A DNA stretch of 64,000 nucleotides from a bacterium. GTDB lineage: Bacteria; UBA8248. The notes beneath the pieces were generated by a model. That model saw only the letters and a list, made by a program, of their open reading frames with translations, had not been told where the DNA came from and did no database searches. Position numbers and translations under genes: made by a program. Of this stretch, positions 10,301 to 20,668 are shown one piece after another. The stretch spans positions 2,080,001 to 2,144,000 of the forward strand of contig CBDBZU010000004.1 in the NCBI GenBank assembly GCA_965213625.1, in the 5' to 3' direction. Numbering within the stretch: position 1 is the stretch's first letter; each line of letters opens with the position of its first letter.

Positions 10301-11086
10301 GTGAACCCGATTACGTTGCGAGAGTTGCTGGAAGCCGGCGCCCACTTCGGGCACCAGACCATCCGATGGAACCCCAAGATGCGCCCTTATATTTTCGGTG
10401 CGCGAAACGGGATTTACATCATCGATCTTCAACAAACCCTCAAGTTGTTCAACGCGGCCCGCGAGGTGATCCGCGATATCGCGGCCAAGGGCGGCAAGGT
10501 GCTTTTTGTGGGGACGAAACAACAGGCCCAGGAAATCGTGATGGAAGAGGCCCGGAGCGTGGGGATGCCTTACGTCACCCAGCGTTGGCTCGGCGGGACA
10601 CTCACGAATTTCTCGACGATCAAAAACTCCATTGCGCGACTTTTGGATCTGGAATCAATGAAGAATGACGGCACTTTTGAGCTTTTGGCGAAAAAAGAGG
10701 CCGTCAGGCGCGAGAAGGACATGGCGCGGCTAGATAAGTTTTTGGGCGGCATCAAGCATATGGATAAACTGCCGCAAGCCATGTTCGTCATTGATACGGG
10801 CCATGAGTACAATGCCATTCGAGAGGCCAAAAAGCTGGGTATTCCCGTCATCGCGGTAGTGGACACGAATTCCGACCCAGACGGGGTGGATTACATTTTG
10901 CCTGGCAATGACGACGCCTTGCGCTCGATTCGCTTCTTCGTGGCGCAGGTGGCGGAGGCCATCGCCGAGGGTGTTACACTGCGCAAGGAGACAGGTGCCG
11001 AGGATGTCGAAGCCGTTGTAGCCTCAGGCGACACGGTAGCTGCGGAGATGATGGCGGCTGCCGCGGCACCGAAGGCGGAAAAATAA
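10301..11086 (+). CDS. rpsB: 30S ribosomal protein S2
   Basis: LLEAGAHFGH, WNPKM, RWLGGTLTN, PGNDD. Confidence 0.98.
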   Translation: MNPITLRELLEAGAHFGHQTIRWNPKMRPYIFGARNGIYIIDLQQTLKLFNAAREVIRDIAAKGGKVLFVGTKQQAQEIVMEEARSVGMPYVTQRWLGGTLTNFSTIKNSIARLLDLESMKNDGTFELLAKKEAVRREKDMARLDKFLGGIKHMDKLPQAMFVIDTGHEYNAIREAKKLGIPVIAVVDTNSDPDGVDYILPGNDDALRSIRFFVAQVAEAIAEGVTLRKETGAEDVEAVVASGDTVAAEMMAAAAAPKAEK

Positions 11087-11135
11087 CAATTACTTTATTA
11101 CCGACAGCCGGATTTCATGGGGAGAGGTTCAGGGC

Positions 11136-12005
11136 ATGGAAGTAACCGCTCAGATGGTCAAGGAGTTACGAACCCGCACCGGTGCGGGTATCATGGATTG
11201 CAAGGAAGCCCTCAAGGAAAATGAAGGGGATTTTGAAGAAGCGGTGCGCTATTTGCGGGAAAAAGGACTTTCCAGCGCTGCAAAAAAAGCGGGGCGCGTG
11301 GCGAGCGAGGGCCAGATATACGCTTCTCTTGGAGAAGGCGGGCGCATGGGCGTCATAGTCGAGGTGAATTGCGAGACAGATTTCGTGGCCCGCACGGAAG
11401 ATTTCCAGGCGCTTCTAGATACTGTCGCGAACCACGTGAGGGACAATGGTGAGGACAATCTCGCCGAGGCTCTCAAAGAGGTTACTACGGAGGCAATAGC
11501 CAAGTTGGGAGAGAATATCGTCGTCGCGCGAGGAGAGCGCATCTCTCTGGGTGATGGGGAGTCGGGCAAGATGGCTTCCTACATTCATCCCGGTGGGCGA
11601 ATTGGCGTCTTGCTTGACTTGAGATGTGAAACGTCTGAGAAGGCGGGTGACGCCGCATTTGGAGAAACCGCGCGTGATCTGGCGATGCATATCGCAGCGA
11701 GTAGCCCCCAGTTCCTTTCTGAAGATCAGATTCCGGAGGTGGTCCTTCAGAGCGAGCGCGAGATTCTTCTCGCCCAGCAGAAGGATTCCGGGAAGCCTGA
11801 GAATATACTGGAGAAAATCGTCGAGGGACGCATCAACAAATACAAAAAAGAGATTTGCCTGCTCGATCAGCCGTTCGTAAAGGACACCGATAAGACGGTT
11901 CAGGCGTATCTCAAAGACAAAAGCGCGGAGTTGGGCGAGGAAATCCGGGTTTCTTCCTGGGCGCGATTCCAACTCGGCGAGCTTTCCGCGTCGGATGAAG
12001 GGTAA
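11136..12005 (+). CDS. tsf: Elongation factor Ts
   Basis: [23 protein letters not shown]. Confidence 0.98.
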   Translation: MEVTAQMVKELRTRTGAGIMDCKEALKENEGDFEEAVRYLREKGLSSAAKKAGRVASEGQIYASLGEGGRMGVIVEVNCETDFVARTEDFQALLDTVANHVRDNGEDNLAEALKEVTTEAIAKLGENIVVARGERISLGDGESGKMASYIHPGGRIGVLLDLRCETSEKAGDAAFGETARDLAMHIAASSPQFLSEDQIPEVVLQSEREILLAQQKDSGKPENILEKIVEGRINKYKKEICLLDQPFVKDTDKTVQAYLKDKSAELGEEIRVSSWARFQLGELSASDEG

Positions 12006-12067
12006 GTCCCTCTGACGCATTTTTCGCACCGCCCGTTGTCATTGACTTGAAATTTCTGGGGATGTCC

Positions 12068-12796
12068 ATGCGCGGTGACCTGCGATTCAAGAGGATCCTA
12101 TTGAAACTCTCGGGAGAAGCCCTGGGAGGAGAACTTAAATACGGGATCGATCATAACGTCGTTGACGACATAGCGCAGGAAATCAAAGAAATCCACCAGA
12201 TGGGAGTCGAAGTCACCATCGTCGTGGGCGGGGGGAATATCTTCCGGGGAGCGGCCGCCGCCGCTGCCGGAATGGAACGTACCAACGCCGACTACATGGG
12301 CATGCTCGGCACGGTCATCAACGCGTTGGCTCTTCAGCATGCGCTCGAAAAAGCGGACCTCGCCACACGCGTCCAGAGCGCCATCCACATGGCCGAATTG
12401 TGCGAGCCCTATATCAGAAGGCGTGCAATTCGACACATGGAAAAAGGCCGGGTCGTTATCTTTGCCGGTGGCACCGGGAATCCCTATTTCACGACGGATA
12501 CCACCGCCAGCCTCAGAGCCATAGAAGTGGGCGCCGAGTGCATACTCAAAGCAACGAACGTGGATGGCGTTTTCTCCGCCGATCCCCATCAGGACGATAC
12601 AGCCGAGTTCATCGATCAGTTGACGTATATCGAGGTGCTTAATCGCCAGCTCGCAGTCATGGACACCACCGCCGTGAGCTTGTGCATGGATAACAATTTG
12701 CCCATTATTGTCTTTAACTTGCTCGAGCCCGGCAACATTCGCCGCGTCGTGGAAGGAGAGCAGGTAGGGACTTTGGTGAAGTCCGCCGAGGCCTGA
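12068..12796 (+). CDS. pyrH: UMP kinase
   Basis: [29 protein letters not shown]. Confidence 0.97.
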   Translation: MRGDLRFKRILLKLSGEALGGELKYGIDHNVVDDIAQEIKEIHQMGVEVTIVVGGGNIFRGAAAAAAGMERTNADYMGMLGTVINALALQHALEKADLATRVQSAIHMAELCEPYIRRRAIRHMEKGRVVIFAGGTGNPYFTTDTTASLRAIEVGAECILKATNVDGVFSADPHQDDTAEFIDQLTYIEVLNRQLAVMDTTAVSLCMDNNLPIIVFNLLEPGNIRRVVEGEQVGTLVKSAEA

Positions 12797-12891
12797 TTCG
12801 GCGCGGGGTGCGCTTGCCCGGTTTCGGCGCAAGAGCTTGGGCGAAGCGAGTGAAAAGATGATATTGGGCTTCCAGCAGGGGGAGACGGTCG

Positions 12892-13446
12892 ATGGATGAG
12901 GTTCTCGCCGCGTTAAAGAAAAGAATGCAGTCCACTGTGGATTCATACAAATCCGAAATCGCCCGCGTACGAACCGGTCGCGCTTCCACGAATCTCATCA
13001 GTGGCGTGATGGTCGACTATTATGGAACCGCCACGCCGTTGAATCAGCTTGCCACGCTGAACGTGCCCGAACCTCAACTCATTATCGTTCAACCTTTCGA
13101 CATCAACTCGTTGGGCGAAATCGAAAAGGCGATTCAATCGGCGGAGTTGGGCCTGAACCCGTCTAATGATGGCAAGATTATTCGCGTACCGGTGCCGGCA
13201 CTCACCGAGGAACGCCGCAAGGAGATGGTGAAACTGCTCAAGAAGATGACCGAAGAGCATAAGGTGGCCCTTCGCAATATCCGTCGCGATGGCAACGATG
13301 ACATGAAAACTCTCGAGAGAAGCAAAGATATTACCGAGGATGACCTCAGAAAAGGGCAGGGAGATGTCCAGAAGCTGACGGATCAGTTTGTCTCAGATTT
13401 AGATGATTTGCTTTCAGGCAAAGAGAAAGAAATTCTGGAGGTCTAG
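12892..13446 (+). CDS. frr: Ribosome recycling factor
   Basis: RTGRAS, P.LTEERRKE, RNIRRD. Confidence 0.98.
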   Translation: MDEVLAALKKRMQSTVDSYKSEIARVRTGRASTNLISGVMVDYYGTATPLNQLATLNVPEPQLIIVQPFDINSLGEIEKAIQSAELGLNPSNDGKIIRVPVPALTEERRKEMVKLLKKMTEEHKVALRNIRRDGNDDMKTLERSKDITEDDLRKGQGDVQKLTDQFVSDLDDLLSGKEKEILEV

Positions 13447-13464
13447 TTTTTCAACGGAGCGCGT

Positions 13465-14223
13465 ATGGAATCTCGCATCGACCCACACATCGATCTTGAG
13501 CGGCTCCCCCACCATATCGGTATAATCATGGATGGCAACGGCCGTTGGGCCCAGAAGCGGTTTCTCCCTCGGGTCGCCGGCCACCGCGAAGGCGTGAAGT
13601 CGGTAGACAGGGTGGTGGCGCATGCGCGCCGCATCGGCATCAAGGCCCTTACTCTCTACAGCTTCTCTCTTGAGAATTGGAACAGACCCAAAGACGAAGT
13701 TGACGCGCTCATGGACATTCTGGCGGATTACCTCGAGCGCGAACTTCAAAGGATGCTCAGGGAGGGTATCCGTTTCAACACGATCGGGCACGAAGAGGAT
13801 TTGCCCTTGTTTGCTCGCGAGATTGTCCAGCGCGTCAAGGAGCAGACGGCTGATCAGGACGGAATGGTTTTAACCCTGGCGCTGAGCTACGGCGCAAGGC
13901 GGGAAATCACCGACGCGGCGAGAGCCATATCTGAAGAAGTGCAAAAAGGAATTCTTCAGCCCGAGGAAATCGATGAGAGTGACATTGAGCGCCATCTGTA
14001 TACGGCGGATTTACCCAAACTCGACCTCCTGGTTCGAACCAGCGGCGAACTGAGGCTCTCGAATTATCTGCTTTGGCAGGCGGCGTATGCGGAACTGTAT
14101 TTTACCGAAATCAAATGGCCGGAATTCGGAGAGCGCGAACTCGAAGACGCCATACTCGCTTATCAGTCCCGGGTGCGGAAATTCGGTCTCACCGAGGAGC
14201 AATTCACGACCCGGAGAAACTAG
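13465..14223 (+). CDS. uppS: Undecaprenyl diphosphate synthase
   Basis: IIMDGNGRWA, FS.ENW.RP, RTSGE.RLSN.LLWQ. Confidence 0.97.
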   Translation: MESRIDPHIDLERLPHHIGIIMDGNGRWAQKRFLPRVAGHREGVKSVDRVVAHARRIGIKALTLYSFSLENWNRPKDEVDALMDILADYLERELQRMLREGIRFNTIGHEEDLPLFAREIVQRVKEQTADQDGMVLTLALSYGARREITDAARAISEEVQKGILQPEEIDESDIERHLYTADLPKLDLLVRTSGELRLSNYLLWQAAYAELYFTEIKWPEFGERELEDAILAYQSRVRKFGLTEEQFTTRRN

Positions 14224-14226
14224 GTT

Positions 14227-15018
14227 TTGACCCGCCTCATCAGCGCCCTGGTTCTTGCGGCGCCCATTCTCGCCGTCTTGTTTTTCACCTCCTCGATCGT
14301 ATTTCTCTGTGTGGTGCTTATACTTGTTTTTCGCGCAGGCTGGGAATTTCAGACCCTGATTAAACTATGTGGGTGGCGCGTAAGAGCATGGGAAGGAGCT
14401 CTGGATGCCTGTGCCTTTGTGCTTGCAGTGTGGGTGGGTGGCGTTTTGCCGCCTTTGGTCCTCGCGGTTATCCTGCTTCGGGTCTTTTTGAAGGCGTTTT
14501 CAAGTGAGGTTCTTCGAGAGAGCCTCACTTTGACGGGCGTGTCGTTTCTCGGAGTGATTTGGGTGGGCGGCGCCGGTGGTTTGATCGCGCTTATCAGGAC
14601 TTTCCCGGGTGGCATGGAGGCCACCCTCCTTTTGTTTATCGTCGTTTGGGCGAACGATATTGCGGCCATGTTCATTGGCAAGACGTTGGGAAAAAGAAAA
14701 TTGGCGCCCAAAATCAGCCCCGGAAAAACGGTGGAAGGGGCAATCGGGGGAATACTTGTTGGTGTCTTTGCAGGCGTCCTAACGGCGTTCTATATGGACA
14801 TTCCCGGAGTCGACCCGTGGTTCGCGATTTCTGTTTCGGGAGGTATCGGGCTCTTCGCTATTATAGGGGATTTAGCTGAATCGATCTTAAAGCGCGCAGC
14901 GGGGGAGAAGGACGCTTCCGACATTATCCCAGGCCATGGGGGTCTGCTCGATAGGATTGATGGTTTGCTCGTGGCGGGTCCTGCGTTTTACTGTTACTTG
15001 TACTGGGTGCAGCTTTAA
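14227..15018 (+). CDS. cdsA: Phosphatidate cytidylyltransferase
   Basis: ISPGKTVEG, GDLAES.LKR, IPGHGG.LDR.D; hydrophobic. Confidence 0.95.
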   Translation: MTRLISALVLAAPILAVLFFTSSIVFLCVVLILVFRAGWEFQTLIKLCGWRVRAWEGALDACAFVLAVWVGGVLPPLVLAVILLRVFLKAFSSEVLRESLTLTGVSFLGVIWVGGAGGLIALIRTFPGGMEATLLLFIVVWANDIAAMFIGKTLGKRKLAPKISPGKTVEGAIGGILVGVFAGVLTAFYMDIPGVDPWFAISVSGGIGLFAIIGDLAESILKRAAGEKDASDIIPGHGGLLDRIDGLLVAGPAFYCYLYWVQL

Positions 15019-15047
15019 GTCACTGCGCATCGGGGGTGAGCCGAAAA

Positions 15048-16217
15048 ATGGAACGGCGAAAGATCGCCATATTAGGTTCTACCGGCAGCATTGGGGAAAA
15101 CGCCCTCGATGTTGTTGCGCAATTCCCCGAGAGAATCGATGTCGTGGCGCTCGCTGCCGGAAGGAACTGGGAGCGGCTCGTTGAGCAGGCGAGACGATTT
15201 CGGCCCGATATTATATCCGTAGCCGATAATACGGACGCGACGCGCGTCGAGGATGCGCTCCCTCACGAGACCAGGGTGCTAGCGGGTGAGGAAGGTTTGC
15301 GGGAAGTAGCCGCGGGCGCAGGCGCGGATCTCGTAGTCTCCGCCTTGGTGGGCGCGGCGGGACTTCCGCCGACGCTGGCCGCCATCGATGTAGGCGCCTC
15401 GATTGCGCTCGCGAACAAAGAAGTACTCGTCATGGCCGGAGAGCTTGTGACGTCGCGCGTTTCGGCTCGTGAAGTCGAGTTGCTACCGGTTGATAGCGAG
15501 CATGCGGGCGTGGCGCAAGCGCTCGCTGACAACCCACAGTCCCAGGTGGAGCGGATCGTGCTTACGGCGTCGGGCGGTCCTTTTCGGAACCATTCGATCG
15601 AGGCGATGAAGAACGTGTGCCTTGAAGAAGCATTGAATCATCCGAACTGGAAGATGGGGCCCAAGATTACGATTGATTCCGCATCCATGATGAACAAGGG
15701 TCTTGAAATCATCGAGGCGCGCTGGCTCTTCGGCCTGAGGCCCGAACAGGTGGACGTGCTGGTCCATCCGCAGAGTATCGTGCATGCCATGGTGGAATTC
15801 GTCGACGGGAGTTTCATCGCGCAATTGAGCATGCCCGATATGCGGATCCCCATAGCGCAGGCTATTTTTTCTCCCGAGAAGTTGCCCATCAAGGCGCCGA
15901 GACTCGATTTGGCGCAAGTTGGTTCGCTGACTTTCGAAGCACCGGATCCAAAGCGGTTTCCCTGTCTCTCTCATGCGAAAAACGCGATGCGCGATGGAGG
16001 GACGGCGCCCGCCGTTCTCAATGCGGCGAACGAGGTAGCCGTCGCTTCGTTCCTCTCGGGCGCATCGAAATTCATGGATATACCGGATGTAGTGGGGGCT
16101 GCGCTGGAAGCGCACGTGAAGATGGAGGCGGATGATTTGGAGACGATCCTGACGGCGGATCGCTGGGCAAGAGAGTACGCCGCCTCCCGGCTGAACGGAA
16201 CCATTGCAAGCCACTAA
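15048..16217 (+). CDS. dxr: 1-deoxy-D-xylulose 5-phosphate reductoisomerase
   Basis: LGSTGSIG, ANKE, PVDSEH, HPNW.MG.KITIDSA. Confidence 0.97.
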   Translation: MERRKIAILGSTGSIGENALDVVAQFPERIDVVALAAGRNWERLVEQARRFRPDIISVADNTDATRVEDALPHETRVLAGEEGLREVAAGAGADLVVSALVGAAGLPPTLAAIDVGASIALANKEVLVMAGELVTSRVSAREVELLPVDSEHAGVAQALADNPQSQVERIVLTASGGPFRNHSIEAMKNVCLEEALNHPNWKMGPKITIDSASMMNKGLEIIEARWLFGLRPEQVDVLVHPQSIVHAMVEFVDGSFIAQLSMPDMRIPIAQAIFSPEKLPIKAPRLDLAQVGSLTFEAPDPKRFPCLSHAKNAMRDGGTAPAVLNAANEVAVASFLSGASKFMDIPDVVGAALEAHVKMEADDLETILTADRWAREYAASRLNGTIASH

Positions 16218-16222
16218 ATTTT

Positions 16223-16693
16223 ATGAGCCATCAAGTCGAGAGCGAGGCCATGCCCCGGCTTGTCGCCACGTTGGGCGGCCTCGGGCTGGTTCCTCTGGCC
16301 CCGGGTACGGTCGCTTCTTTCATAGCCGTACTGGCATATTTTCTGCTCTATCAAATCAACTCTTATGTTCCCATCTTGTTTTTACTGCTCTTGATTCCCA
16401 TTGCTATTTGGGGGTCCGGGAAATATGAAGCGAGTACGCATCAGCAAGACCCCCCGGAGATCGTTGTGGATGAATGGGTGGGTCAGTTCATCTGCTTCAT
16501 CGGGGTCGAGCCGAGCCCGAGCACTCTGGTAGTGGGCTTTTTACTGTTTCGTTTTTTTGACATTATCAAGCTGCCGCCGGTTCGACGCCTCGAAGATTTG
16601 CCGGGCGGCGTGGGCATTGTGGCGGACGACGTCGCCGCGGGAATTATCGGCTGGGCAGTCTTGTTTGGTTTGTCATACATTGGGGTGGTCTGA
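16223..16693 (+). CDS. pgpA: Phosphatidylglycerophosphatase A
   Basis: APGT, DP.EIVVDE..G, FRFFDI.K, G.GIVADD. Confidence 0.93.
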   Translation: MSHQVESEAMPRLVATLGGLGLVPLAPGTVASFIAVLAYFLLYQINSYVPILFLLLLIPIAIWGSGKYEASTHQQDPPEIVVDEWVGQFICFIGVEPSPSTLVVGFLLFRFFDIIKLPPVRRLEDLPGGVGIVADDVAAGIIGWAVLFGLSYIGVV

Positions 16694-16713
16694 TTTCTAG
16701 GGGGCGAAGGGAA

Positions 16714-17211
16714 ATGGCGGGATCCGTGGAGGAATGGCTTGGGTCGTATCTAGGTGATAAAGGATGGCGCATCGCCACGGCGGAAAGTTGTACGGGCGGC
16801 CTTATCGCCAGTCGAATTACTGATATTTCCGGGAGTTCCGCTTATTTCGAGCAGGGCTTTATCACATACAGCAATGAGGCGAAAATTGCGCTTCTGGGCG
16901 TATCGAAAGACATCGTGGCGGCCGAGGGCGGACCGGGAGCGGTGAGCGAAGCCTGCGCGCGCGCGATGGCGGAAGGCGTTCGCGCGGCGACGGGGAGCGA
17001 TGTCGGACTCTCCGTAACGGGCATCGCCGGTCCCACGGGTGGAACCGCCGAGAAGCCGGTGGGCACGGTGTATATGGCCGTCGCCACGCCTTCGGGCACT
17101 ACATGTCGACATCACCTGTTCGAAGGTTCTCGCCTGGAAGTGAAGGCCAAGACGGCGCAAGCCGCACTCGATATGGCGCGCGATGCCCTGGAAGCGTTGA
17201 ATTCAAGATGA
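16714..17211 (+). CDS. CinA C-terminal domain/NMN deamidase (PncC-like)
   Basis: AESCTGG, TYSN.AK, GAVS, TGIAGP.GG..KPVG. Confidence 0.93.
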   Translation: MAGSVEEWLGSYLGDKGWRIATAESCTGGLIASRITDISGSSAYFEQGFITYSNEAKIALLGVSKDIVAAEGGPGAVSEACARAMAEGVRAATGSDVGLSVTGIAGPTGGTAEKPVGTVYMAVATPSGTTCRHHLFEGSRLEVKAKTAQAALDMARDALEALNSR

Positions 17212-17292
17212 TGCGCGAGAAAGATCATCTACCGCGCACAGCAGGTATTCTCGTAACCCGAGAGGTGAGACGATCTCTAAAGGAGATTCTCC

Positions 17293-17868
17293 ATGCGCGC
17301 ATTTTTGGCAATTCCATTCAGCGCGGATGAGCACAAAATATTGGAATCGCTTCAGGAATCACTTGCCACGATGCCTGCTCTCGGAGATTTCCGTTGGATG
17401 AGGCCCCGGAACATTCACATCACCCTGCGCTTTTTGGGTGATATCGAGGATGCGCAGGCCGAGACTGTCGCAGAGGCGTTGCGCCGTGCGAGTGAGCAAG
17501 TCTGTGCTTTCGATATTTCGATTGATCGCTTTGGCGTCTTTCCGCAACTCAAGCGTCCGAGCGTGCTCTGGGTAGGGCCCTCGGAAACGCCGGGTCCTCT
17601 AACTGAACTGGAAGCGAATCTTTCTCTTTATTTGGGCGAAGCGGGGTTTCCCACCGGAGAAGGAGCCTTCCGCCCGCATTTAACAATCGCCCGCCGCCGC
17701 TCCCGCGACCGCCCCCCTGCAGGGCTCGAAGGTGAGCTTGAAGTCGCCGAGCAGCGATGGCTGACGCCTCCACTCATCTGCCGCGCACGCGAAGCGGTTT
17801 TGTTCAGAAGCGAACTCAATCCCTCGGGCGCCATTCACACAGCCCTCGAAAAAGTGAATTTTCGCTAG
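17293..17868 (+). CDS. thpR: RNA 2',3'-cyclic phosphodiesterase (2H family)
   Basis: MRAFLAI start; two HxT motifs (HITL, HLTI). Confidence 0.92.
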   Translation: MRAFLAIPFSADEHKILESLQESLATMPALGDFRWMRPRNIHITLRFLGDIEDAQAETVAEALRRASEQVCAFDISIDRFGVFPQLKRPSVLWVGPSETPGPLTELEANLSLYLGEAGFPTGEGAFRPHLTIARRRSRDRPPAGLEGELEVAEQRWLTPPLICRAREAVLFRSELNPSGAIHTALEKVNFR

Positions 17869-18307
17869 GCGCGGCGAAGAGTTCACCTGCTTCGTGACGT
17901 CTGATGCCTCCCGGAATTGCAATCGCTGAAAATCCGTCTCCCTAAGTGAATCCCGCATTGTGATGAGGGAGGTAAGCGACGCCTGGCCCGAGCTCCTCTA
18001 AAGGAATTCACTTCGCTAACAGATATCCTGCTTTCGTCTGTCTATACGCGAAAAAAAACAGCTTTTTATGTATATTTTCGCTTTTTATACTTGATCCGCA
18101 GATCGTTTTCACGTATATTTTGCGAAAGTTAACGCCGCTGTCGCTGGGGACCATGGAAAGACAAGGATATGGGGCTTTCCCCGCACAAGCTCTTTTGGGA
18201 GTGACGGCGTTTGCCGTATTGCAGAAAACGGGGCAATCCCCTACATTCAACCTATGTCCGCCATCGCCCGAACCGGTGCGCATTCCTCCATCCAAGGGAG
18301 TTTTCCG

Positions 18308-19408
18308 ATGAACCTCAAAAACGGGCCATCCTCCGCGAAATCCGAGAACCCGCAAGGGCGTGAGCGTCGCGAGAAGGCGCTGGACATGGCTTTCAACCAG
18401 ATCAATCGTCAATTCGGCAAAGGCTCCATCATGCGTCTGGGCGAAGGGCCGGGTATGGAGGCGATTCCCGCCATATCGACGGGTTCGGTATCGCTCGACG
18501 CCGCCTTGGGCTGTGGCGGTGTGCCGCGCGGGCGCATCGTCGAGATATTCGGGCCCGAGTCCTCGGGAAAGACGACCATCGCGCTGCAAATCATCGCGGA
18601 GGTGCAGCGGGGCGGCGGCATGGCCGCCTTCGTGGATGCGGAGCACGCTCTGGACCCGACCTACGCCAAGGCGCTCGGGGTGCAGACGGACAACCTCATC
18701 GTCTCCCAGCCCGATACGGGCGAGCAGGCCCTGGAGATAGCCGAGATTCTGACGAGCAGCGGCTCGCTCGACGTGGTCGTCATCGATTCCGTGGCCGCCT
18801 TGGTGCCCAAGGCGGAACTCGAAGGGGACATGGGGGATCACCACGTCGGCCTCCAGGCGCGGCTCATGAGCCAGGCGCTTCGCAAGCTCACGGGCGTGGT
18901 GCACCGCAGCAACACGTGCTTCATCTTCATCAACCAGATTCGCATGAAAATCGGCGTGATGTTCGGCAACCCGGAAACCACTTCGGGCGGGAACGCGCTC
19001 AAATTCTACTCCTCCGTGCGCCTGGACATCCGGCGCATCGCCGCGATCAAGGAAGGCGAGAACAACGTGGGCAACAGGACGCGGGTGCGTGTGGTGAAGA
19101 ACAAGCTCGCACCGCCGTTCCGCACGGCTGAGTTCGACATCATGTTCGGGCGCGGCGTCTCCAGAGAAGGCGACGTGCTCGATCTGGCCGTCGAAAAAGG
19201 CATCGTCGCCAAGACGGGAGCGTGGTATTCCTACGGCGAGGAGCGTATCGGACAGGGGCGCGAGAACGTGAAGCGGTTCTTGGGTGAAAACGCGGATATT
19301 TTTTCGGATATTGACGGCCAGGTCCGCGCCGCCGTCGGAATCGGCGCGCCTGGAGCGGCTGCGGAGGAGAAAGAGGCGCCCCAGGCGCAGGCGGCGACCC
19401 CGAAATAA
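18308..19408 (+). CDS. recA: Recombinase A
   Basis: [37 protein letters not shown]; GGAG SD before ATG 18308. Confidence 0.99.
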   Translation: MNLKNGPSSAKSENPQGRERREKALDMAFNQINRQFGKGSIMRLGEGPGMEAIPAISTGSVSLDAALGCGGVPRGRIVEIFGPESSGKTTIALQIIAEVQRGGGMAAFVDAEHALDPTYAKALGVQTDNLIVSQPDTGEQALEIAEILTSSGSLDVVVIDSVAALVPKAELEGDMGDHHVGLQARLMSQALRKLTGVVHRSNTCFIFINQIRMKIGVMFGNPETTSGGNALKFYSSVRLDIRRIAAIKEGENNVGNRTRVRVVKNKLAPPFRTAEFDIMFGRGVSREGDVLDLAVEKGIVAKTGAWYSYGEERIGQGRENVKRFLGENADIFSDIDGQVRAAVGIGAPGAAAEEKEAPQAQAATPK

Positions 19409-19741
19409 GGGCTTAAAACAGCATAACGAAATAAATTTATGCAAGTTGAATTTTTTATTTATTTACCGAAAAACATCGTGAATTTATCTGAATTTATCGA
19501 TATTTTCAGAAATTCGAAGGACGTATTTTCGCTCCACGTCCGGGATGTTCCATCGTTTCGACAGCCCTTCCCCCTCGTCCTTTCGTTCAACAGATTGCAC
19601 ACATGAGCATGCCCTCCTCGCGATGGATTCTGCCATAAGCGCGAAAACTGCGATGACGGCAAATGCGGGGTCGAACCCGGCCGATGAGGGAGAGTTCGCC
19701 GGCCGATGAGGTCAGACTCGTTTGAGGAGGGAGCGATTCCA

Positions 19742-20033
19742 CCCCGCCGATCGATGAGGGAGGAATTGGAGGGCCGATGCGTAAGGTATCGCGTTCCCGC
19801 AAGAGGAAAAGCTCGCGCCGCTGTGACCGTCCACCTTTCTACCAGGCGAGCTAAGTTTGATGACACCAAATGTGCGGATATGCGCGCCGCGCCGCTCTGG
19901 AGAGCGAGGAGGGAAATCAGGTTTCAGGTTAGGGTAGACAGCACTTGTAGATCCGAAAGCGACACGGAGCTGCTTCGCTCGCAGCAAACACCGGCGAGAT
20001 CCCGCGCTGCAATTCCAATCCTCCTCGGCGGGG
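19742..20033 (+). ncRNA. Candidate large structured ncRNA of unknown family (may extend 5' to about 19560)
   Basis: Ends pair: CCCCGCCGA(19742-50)/TCGGCGGGG(20025-33) and GGAGGAATTGGA(19759-70)/TCCAATCCTCC(20014-24); several internal hairpins; no credible ORF. Confidence 0.5.
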
Positions 20034-20158
20034 ACAATCCATCCCCCCTGCACCGGCTTTACCTGAGAATTTGATTCCGCGCTCCGGATGGGTTACATGG
20101 TGAGAAATCGGCTCGGCGAGTGTGTCGATTGCGCCTCAATTTCACCGGGGAATCTCTC

Positions 20159-20668
20159 ATGTCCGTTCTGGAAATCCTCAAGTATCCGGCCCCGGCCCTG
20201 CGCCGGAAATCCCTTCCGGTCGAGCGCGTCACGGAGCGGACCCGGGAACTCGCGCGCTCGATGCTCGATACCATGCACGATGCGCCCGGCGTCGGTCTCG
20301 CCGCCCCCCAGGTGGGGGAGAACGTCCGGCTCATCGTGGTGGACGTTTCGGTCGGGAAAGACCCCAAACAGGTCCATTTTCTCGTCAATCCTGAAATCCA
20401 GAGCGCCGAAGGCGAGCGGATCGTGGAGGAGGGCTGCCTCTCGCTTCCGGGTATCACCGAGAAAATCCGCCGCCGCGAGGCGGTGCGCGTGCGCGCGCTG
20501 AACCTGGAGGGTGAGGAAGTAATCCTCGACGCGCGCGAGGTTCTCGCCTTCGCTCTCCAGCATGAGATCGATCACTTGGACGGAAAACTCATCCTGGATC
20601 ATCTAAACAAGACGAAGCGCGACCTCGTGAAGCGCCGCCTCAAAAAACAGGCCAGGGCCGCCTCTTAG
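20159..20668 (+). CDS. def: Peptide deformylase
   Basis: GVGLAAPQVG, EGCLSLP, QHEIDHLDG. Confidence 0.98.
   Translation: MSVLEILKYPAPALRRKSLPVERVTERTRELARSMLDTMHDAPGVGLAAPQVGENVRLIVVDVSVGKDPKQVHFLVNPEIQSAEGERIVEEGCLSLPGITEKIRRREAVRVRALNLEGEEVILDAREVLAFALQHEIDHLDGKLILDHLNKTKRDLVKRRLKKQARAAS

Noticed and set aside
18008-19444. 478-aa antisense ORF over recA
   Set aside because: Shadow ORF; recA on the + strand explains the sequence
19679-19760. Hammerhead-like (C)CGATGAG cores
   Set aside because: Core should be CUGANGA with a GAAA partner framed by three stems; not satisfied
19800-20062. RNase P RNA or tmRNA identity for the structured region (GAGGAAAAGCTC; CCGGCTTTA)
   Set aside because: No GAGGAAAGUCC or GUGCCACAGAAA consensus; no GGGG..TCGAC 5' end, tag ending in AA-stop, or TCCACCA end. 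An Rfam scan is still needed
19459-20074. Short ORFs (71-136 aa) in the recA-def gap
   Set aside because: No SD, atypical Arg/Ser/Pro-rich composition, no motifs, mutually overlapping
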